NCBI GenBank assembly: GCA_963693055.1
Contig: OY843751.1
Span: forward strand, 3,392,001-3,456,000
Reading direction: 5' to 3'
Source of the DNA: a bacterium
GTDB taxonomy: Bacteria; Zhuqueibacterota; Zhuqueibacteria; Residuimicrobiales; Krinioviventaceae
Length of the DNA stretch: 64,000 bases
Position 1 is the stretch's first letter. The number at the start of each line of letters is the position of its first letter. Below, piece after piece: positions 58,858-64,000 of this stretch. The translations under genes and the position numbers were made by a program. The notes beneath the pieces are model-generated. The model was not told where the DNA came from and searched no databases. It worked only from the letters and a program-made list of their open reading frames with translations.

Positions 58858-60192
58858 ATGCAAGACTATGAACCAACAATTTTACTGGTAGACGATGAAG
58901 ACAATTGCTTACGGGTCATTAGTGATGTATTCGAACTTGAGGGAATTGAATGCATTACAGCAAATTCGGGGGAAAAGGCCCTGGAGATATTCGAACTCAA
59001 TGATATTGATATTGTTGTGACGGATATCAAAATGCCGGGGGTCTCCGGATTGGATTTGTTAAAAGAGGTTAAGGCCAGAAAGCCCGAAACTGTAGTAATT
59101 ATGATGACTGGTTATGGTTCTATAGGAAACGCTATAGAATCAATCAAGCAAGGAGCATATCAGTACATTATAAAACCCATTGTTATGGACGATTTCCTTG
59201 CACAAATCAGAGACATTATGAGCCAGGTCCAAAATGGTAAACCTACTAATGTCTACAAACCAGATAGCAATTATTTTAACAATAATCTCCAAGGAACAGC
59301 ATTCCGTATCCAAAACATTAACAAGATTATTGGTCTGGTTTCAAAATCTGATTTACCTTTACTCATAACAGGTGAAAGTGGAACCGGAAAAGAATTGGCC
59401 GCTTTACAAATCCACAAATCTGGTGATCGTGCTGACCAGAACTTTGTAACACTCAATTGTACAACATGCAAAGATGTACATCTTGAAAATGACCTGTTTG
59501 GCTCCAAATCCGGCTCAAAACCATCCGAGATAGAAAAAGCTAATGGCGGCACTTTTTATCTGGAAGAAATTGGAAATCTCAAATCATCGTTACAAACCAA
59601 ATTATTAGAAGTAATTAAAACCGGAGAAATTAAATATGCCGGTAATCCGGAGCCGGTCAAAGTAGATGTAAGATTCATAGCATCTACAAGCCACAATCTT
59701 GAACAGGAAGTTGAAGAAGGCGTTTTTGATTTCGAACTGTTCCATGTTTTCAATTCAATTACCATCAGAATGCCGGCACTTCGCGAAATCACAAATGACA
59801 TTCCTGCACTTGCACAGCACTTTGCTAATGAGTACAATTCCAAATCCACCAAAAAGATCAAGATCAACAAAGAAACGCTGACAACCTTGCAAAACTATTC
59901 CTGGCCGGGTAATGTTAGGGAGCTTATCAATGTTATTCGCAGCGCAGTATCTATATGCGAAAGCAATGAGATTATGAAATTTGATCTCCCTGCCCATTTA
60001 ACCAATGGTAAAGCTAAAGAAAAACCCGGGAAAAAAGAAAAACGTTCTTCATTACTTTTAGCAGATGTTGAGCAGGATCATATTATGGGTGTACTTGATA
60101 TGGCCAAAGGTAACAAGAGTATGGCTGCAACCATGCTGGGTATACACAGGGATACGTTATTGAGGAAATTGAAAAAATACGGTGTAGATTAA
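58858..60192 (+). CDS. NtrC-like response regulator (REC-AAA+-Fis HTH) with degenerate AAA+ domain
   Basis: Intact receiver, GESGTGKE, WPGNVREL and HTH; GAFTGA missing, Walker B reads EEIG. Confidence 0.88.
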   Translation: MQDYEPTILLVDDEDNCLRVISDVFELEGIECITANSGEKALEIFELNDIDIVVTDIKMPGVSGLDLLKEVKARKPETVVIMMTGYGSIGNAIESIKQGAYQYIIKPIVMDDFLAQIRDIMSQVQNGKPTNVYKPDSNYFNNNLQGTAFRIQNINKIIGLVSKSDLPLLITGESGTGKELAALQIHKSGDRADQNFVTLNCTTCKDVHLENDLFGSKSGSKPSEIEKANGGTFYLEEIGNLKSSLQTKLLEVIKTGEIKYAGNPEPVKVDVRFIASTSHNLEQEVEEGVFDFELFHVFNSITIRMPALREITNDIPALAQHFANEYNSKSTKKIKINKETLTTLQNYSWPGNVRELINVIRSAVSICESNEIMKFDLPAHLTNGKAKEKPGKKEKRSSLLLADVEQDHIMGVLDMAKGNKSMAATMLGIHRDTLLRKLKKYGVD

Positions 60193-60223
60193 AAAAAAGC
60201 CCCTTATTTAGGGGCTTTTTTTT
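60191..60223. terminator. Bidirectional intrinsic terminator
   Basis: A8-GCCCCT-TATTT-AGGGGC-T8 between convergent genes. Confidence 0.85.
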
Positions 60224-60233
60224 ATTTAAAGCT

Positions 60234-61661
60234 TTAATTGACTTTGCCATTTGTTAAATATTCATGTATAGATTTTGCTGCTTTTCGTCCGGCTCCCATT
60301 GCCAGAATAACCGTAGCGCCACCCGTTACAACATCACCACCTGCATAAACACCTTTTTTACATGTTGCACCTGTTTCTTCATCCACAACAATGGTTCCGC
60401 GTTTTGAGCATTCAAGATCCGGTGTTGTCTGTTGGATCAATGGATTCGATCCATTACCAATTGCAATAATGGCTAAATCAATATCAATTACATATTCTGA
60501 TCCTTCCATAGGAACAGGTCTGCGGCGACCGGAAGCATCGGGTTCACCCAACTCCATTTTAATGCATTTCACACCATTCAACCAACCTTTACCATTATCC
60601 AAAAATTCTAATGGACTGGTAAGCATTTTAAATTCAATGCCCTCTTCTTTGGCATGATGAATTTCTTCATTACGCGCTGGCATTTCAACCTCTGAACGAC
60701 GATACAGAATATAAGCATTTTTAGCACCCAAACGTTTAGCGGTACGTACAGAGTCCATTGCGGTGTTTCCACCACCTATAACTGCTACATTCTTGTCTTT
60801 TACACTGATTACCGGTGAATCATATTCCGGGAAACGATATGCTTTCATCAGGTTTACGCGGGTTAAAAATTCATTGGCAGAATATACGCCAATCAGATCT
60901 TCACCGGGAAGGTCCATAAACCAGGGTAATCCTGCACCTGATGCTACAAAAACAGCATCATAACCATCGCTCAACAACTCGTCAATAGTATCTACACGAC
61001 CAATAACAGCATTAGGCTCAAATTCCACACCCATTTTACTGAGATTATTAATTTCCTGCTTTACAATATCTTTTGGCAGACGAAATTCAGGAATACCGTA
61101 AACCAATACACCACCAAGTTCATGAAAAGCTTCAAAAACGGTTACGCCATAACCCATCTGCACCAAATCACCGGCACATGACAAACCGGCAGGGCCGCTG
61201 CCAACAACTGCTACTTTTTTATCGGATTTCCGTTCAGCTGCTTTAACTTCAAGAGGTTGGTTTGTTCGCTCGTAATCGGCTACAAAGCGTTCCAGGTTAC
61301 CAATAGCAACGGGATCGCCTTTCTTTCCGACAATACACAGATTTTCGCACTGTTCTTCCTGGGGACATACACGTCCGCAGATAGCTGGCAGCATATTATC
61401 TTCTTTAATAGACTGACTGGCAGCCGCAAAGTCACCTTCTACGATATAATTGATGAATCTGGGTATATTGATATTAACAGGACAACCTGACACACAAACC
61501 GGTTTTTTACATTGCAAACACCGAAGGGCTTCTTTTTGGGCCATTTCAACGGTATAACCCAAATTAACCTCTTTAAAATTCGTAACCCTCTGCATGGGAT
61601 CCTGTTCGGGCATCTTTTGCCGCGGTATTTGTCGTCTTTCTTTGGCTGAAAGTTCATTCAT
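60234..61661 (-). CDS. nfnB: NfnB/SudA (GltD-like) subunit of electron-bifurcating transhydrogenase
   Basis: RCLQC..CVSGCP, CGRVCPQEEQC, GSGPAG, YGIPEFRLPK, GGGNTAMD, AGGDVVTG. Confidence 0.88.
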   Translation of the reverse strand: MNELSAKERRQIPRQKMPEQDPMQRVTNFKEVNLGYTVEMAQKEALRCLQCKKPVCVSGCPVNINIPRFINYIVEGDFAAASQSIKEDNMLPAICGRVCPQEEQCENLCIVGKKGDPVAIGNLERFVADYERTNQPLEVKAAERKSDKKVAVVGSGPAGLSCAGDLVQMGYGVTVFEAFHELGGVLVYGIPEFRLPKDIVKQEINNLSKMGVEFEPNAVIGRVDTIDELLSDGYDAVFVASGAGLPWFMDLPGEDLIGVYSANEFLTRVNLMKAYRFPEYDSPVISVKDKNVAVIGGGNTAMDSVRTAKRLGAKNAYILYRRSEVEMPARNEEIHHAKEEGIEFKMLTSPLEFLDNGKGWLNGVKCIKMELGEPDASGRRRPVPMEGSEYVIDIDLAIIAIGNGSNPLIQQTTPDLECSKRGTIVVDEETGATCKKGVYAGGDVVTGGATVILAMGAGRKAAKSIHEYLTNGKVN

Positions 61662-61690
61662 AGGGTTGATCCTTTTACATTCTATAGTTA

Positions 61691-62563
61691 TTACTCTAAT
61701 TCTTTAACAGCAGCATCAAGTCTGCATCCATCCTCGCCATGATCATGACCAATAGATTCAAGCGATGCTTTTTCCTGATTAGCATAAGCAGTATTACGGT
61801 TCAATAAACTCTGAAAATCTACCTGATGTGCATCAAATTCCGGTCCGTCTACACATACAAATTGTACCGAATCACCGATATTTACACGACAACCACCGCA
61901 CATACCAGTGCCATCTACCATAACCGGGTTCAAGCTAACCATGGTTTTTATACCGTATTCGCGAGTAATATCCGCAACACTTTTCATCATCATGATAGGT
62001 CCAATTGCCAGAACAAAATCGGGTTTATTGCCGCTATCAATCAGTTCTTTCAACTTGCCGGTCACAAAGCCGTGATATCCGTAACTGCCGTCATCGGTAG
62101 TGACATAGGTTTCATCACAAAATTCCTGCATTTCTTTTTCAAGAATGACCAGATCTTTGTTCTTGGCGCCAATAATAGAAATAACATGGTTATCGGCTTG
62201 CTTTAACGCCTTTGCTGTTGGAAAAGCAATAGCAGTACCTACACCACCACCAATTACACATGCTTTACCAAATTTTTCAATTTCTGAGGGTTTTCCCAAT
62301 GGACCTACAATATCCATTACCTCATCACCGGTATTGAACCGGTTCAATAACTTTGTAGTCTTACCGATACCCTGTACAATGATAGTTACACTCCCTTCAA
62401 CCGGATCAGAATCCGCAATGGTCAGCGGAATACGCTCACCTTTGTCATGCACACGCACAATCACAAACTGACCGGCCTGACGTTTTTTACTGATCTTGGG
62501 TGCTTCAATTCGGAATAATTTGATATCTTTTGCCAGGAATTCAGCATGCAGTATCTTCGGCAT
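61691..62563 (-). CDS. nfnA: NfnA/SudB subunit (ferredoxin-NADP reductase-like, 2Fe-2S)
   Basis: GERIPLT, GPLG, GGGVG, MVDGTGMCGGCR, CVDGPEFD. Confidence 0.9.
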   Translation of the reverse strand: MPKILHAEFLAKDIKLFRIEAPKISKKRQAGQFVIVRVHDKGERIPLTIADSDPVEGSVTIIVQGIGKTTKLLNRFNTGDEVMDIVGPLGKPSEIEKFGKACVIGGGVGTAIAFPTAKALKQADNHVISIIGAKNKDLVILEKEMQEFCDETYVTTDDGSYGYHGFVTGKLKELIDSGNKPDFVLAIGPIMMMKSVADITREYGIKTMVSLNPVMVDGTGMCGGCRVNIGDSVQFVCVDGPEFDAHQVDFQSLLNRNTAYANQEKASLESIGHDHGEDGCRLDAAVKELE

Positions 62564-62618
62564 CTATCTTCCTTTCATCTCTAATATTTTGTTCAAAACT
62601 ACATTTACAGAATACAAG

Positions 62619-62636
62619 TTAGGAAATTTTTCACAA
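62619..62636 (-). promoter_or_regulatory. Rex-like operator upstream of nfnAB
   Basis: TTGTGAAAAATTTCCTAA versus the consensus TTGTGAANNNNTTCACAA (2 mismatches). Confidence 0.5.
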
Positions 62637-62697
62637 AAATGGAATGAATTTTTTGCAGAAATACAAAAAGAGGAAATAAATATGTTACAAAATATGT

Positions 62698-62728
62698 TCA
62701 TTCCGGCAGTTTAATTCTGCCGGAATGA
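62698..62728. terminator. Hairpin downstream of the GH2 gene (possible terminator)
   Basis: TCATTCCGGCAG/CTGCCGGAATGA 12-bp stem; weak U-tract. Confidence 0.5.
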
Positions 62729-62737
62729 TACAAATGC

Positions 62738-64000
62738 CTAACGAGATATTATTTCACAACTGCCTTTTAACGCTTTTGCTTTGGCAGTAACTGTAATGTT
62801 GCCAGATTTGCCAGTGGATTGTACGAGTACCACTGCACTTCCATCTGCACTTTCAGCAGATTTTGCCCCGCCAATACCTATAATTTTACCGCCATTTGTT
62901 GATTCGAATGCAATCTCTACTCCATTAACGTGAACAGGATTACCATCAGCATCCACCAGTTGCGCGGTAACGGGAATTGCGTCGTATCCATCTGCAAACA
63001 TTTCATTGCTCAAAGCCGTCAATTGGATAGCTGCAGGATCACCTGGTGTGATCAATACATGCTCAACCTGCTCTCTGCCCTGCTTTGCAACCGCTTTTAG
63101 CTTGCCGGGTTCAAAAGGAACATTCCATTCACATTCTTTTTCTTTAGAGGATTGGATCTTTTTTCCATTTAAATACAGATCCACTTTATCACCATTGTGC
63201 CATACATTAACATTAACAGGTTCACCCGGGGATTTATCATTATCCCAGGTACCGGCTATATGCACAAAAGGCTCTTTACTCCAGCGCGCTTTTATATACC
63301 AAGCCGGTTCCTTGTAACGACGGTAATAATCTACAACACCTGAGGTTTGTATGGGCCATACTGGCTTGTACTCGCTGCCATAATCATGGAATCCCCAAAT
63401 ACATGCACCGGGCAAATAGCTTTTACTTTCTATCAAGTCTAAATCTTGCTTTACACTTGCAAAAGATTTCATTTCACTGGTATAATCGCCAATATATGTT
63501 TTATCAGGATTGGTACATTCGGAACTGATGAGTATAAGCTCGGGATAATTCTTGTGCAGTTCATCATACGCTTCAATTTTGTAATTGAGAGCCAAAATAT
63601 CGGGTATAAACGCCGTACCTTGTTCAAGTGCTTCTTTGATATGATTTTCAGCATAACAAGTGGGACGCGTAGAATCCAAACGATCCGCAGTGGCTTGCAG
63701 CAACTTGAACATTTCAGCAGAACGTCCTTCATTCATTAATCCCCAGAGAATGATGGATGGGTGATTGCGGTCCCTTCGCAACATGGCATCGAACATATAG
63801 TCCATATTTTCCATAAACTCTCTACCGCCAATATGCTGCCACGACACCGGCTCTTCATAAACCAGGATTCCCAAACTGTCGCATGCGTTTAAAAAATCAG
63901 GATGCTGGGGATAATGCGAACAGCGTACAAAGTTAACTCCCAAATCCTTTAGTATCACTGCATCCTGGACCTGTAGGCGCTTGGGTACTGCGTTTGCCAA
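62738..64000 (-). CDS. Glycoside hydrolase family 2 (beta-galactosidase-like), 5' end outside the window
   Basis: RCSHYP, DRNHPSIILWGLMNE (acid/base), SSE nucleophile region, C-terminal Ig-like domains. Confidence 0.9.
   Translation of the reverse strand: MANAVPKRLQVQDAVILKDLGVNFVRCSHYPQHPDFLNACDSLGILVYEEPVSWQHIGGREFMENMDYMFDAMLRRDRNHPSIILWGLMNEGRSAEMFKLLQATADRLDSTRPTCYAENHIKEALEQGTAFIPDILALNYKIEAYDELHKNYPELILISSECTNPDKTYIGDYTSEMKSFASVKQDLDLIESKSYLPGACIWGFHDYGSEYKPVWPIQTSGVVDYYRRYKEPAWYIKARWSKEPFVHIAGTWDNDKSPGEPVNVNVWHNGDKVDLYLNGKKIQSSKEKECEWNVPFEPGKLKAVAKQGREQVEHVLITPGDPAAIQLTALSNEMFADGYDAIPVTAQLVDADGNPVHVNGVEIAFESTNGGKIIGIGGAKSAESADGSAVVLVQSTGKSGNITVTAKAKALKGSCEIISR

Noticed and set aside
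60234-61661. Glutamate synthase small subunit gltD
   Set aside because: It is paired with an nfnA/sudB gene and there is no gltB nearby, which fits NfnAB
1-64000. CRISPR array, tRNA/rRNA, transposase, integrase or prophage genes; long antisense ORFs such as 2173-2850 and 58036-58722
   Set aside because: No spaced repeats, RNA gene patterns or mobile-element motifs were seen by eye; the antisense ORFs overlap well-supported genes and lack motifs

Overview
AT-rich bacterial genomic window, probably an anaerobe or facultative organism of the FCB-adjacent type such as KSB1 or Calditrichota; this taxonomy is inferred from gene content only. It is densely coding and mostly on the minus strand. Left to right: a partial Tat-exported FAD oxidoreductase; a DUF134 regulator plus NADH oxidase/CoA-disulfide reductase; nhaA; a second LysA-like decarboxylase; a self-contained five-gene operon (CPBP protease, GNAT, PurD-like ATP-grasp with altered active site, ATE/Bpt-like aa-tRNA transferase, outer-membrane protein); a lysine-riboswitch-controlled operon (M20 hydrolase, lysC, dapB, dapA, dapF, dapL, lysA); a 16-kb hybrid ABC/RND/TolC export operon; a ~21-kb co-directional run from valS to a LOG-family gene containing recG, a TMEM260/DUF2723-type glycosylation cluster, purE and glcDEF; a lipoprotein with a sigma54-type promoter; a two-component pair whose NtrC-like regulator has a degenerate AAA+ domain; nfnAB with a Rex-like box; and a partial GH2. 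The strongest candidate for an undescribed system is the 18.3-34.4 kb operon, where an AcrB-type RND subunit is fused to an ABC ATPase whose first strand is separated from the rest by a four-TM insertion. The operon also encodes a second RND, MFP, TolC, a free ABC ATPase and two ABC-2-type permeases, one carrying a non-catalytic M1-peptidase-like ectodomain. No tRNA, rRNA, CRISPR array or IS element was seen. All family calls come from reading motifs by eye, not from database searches.
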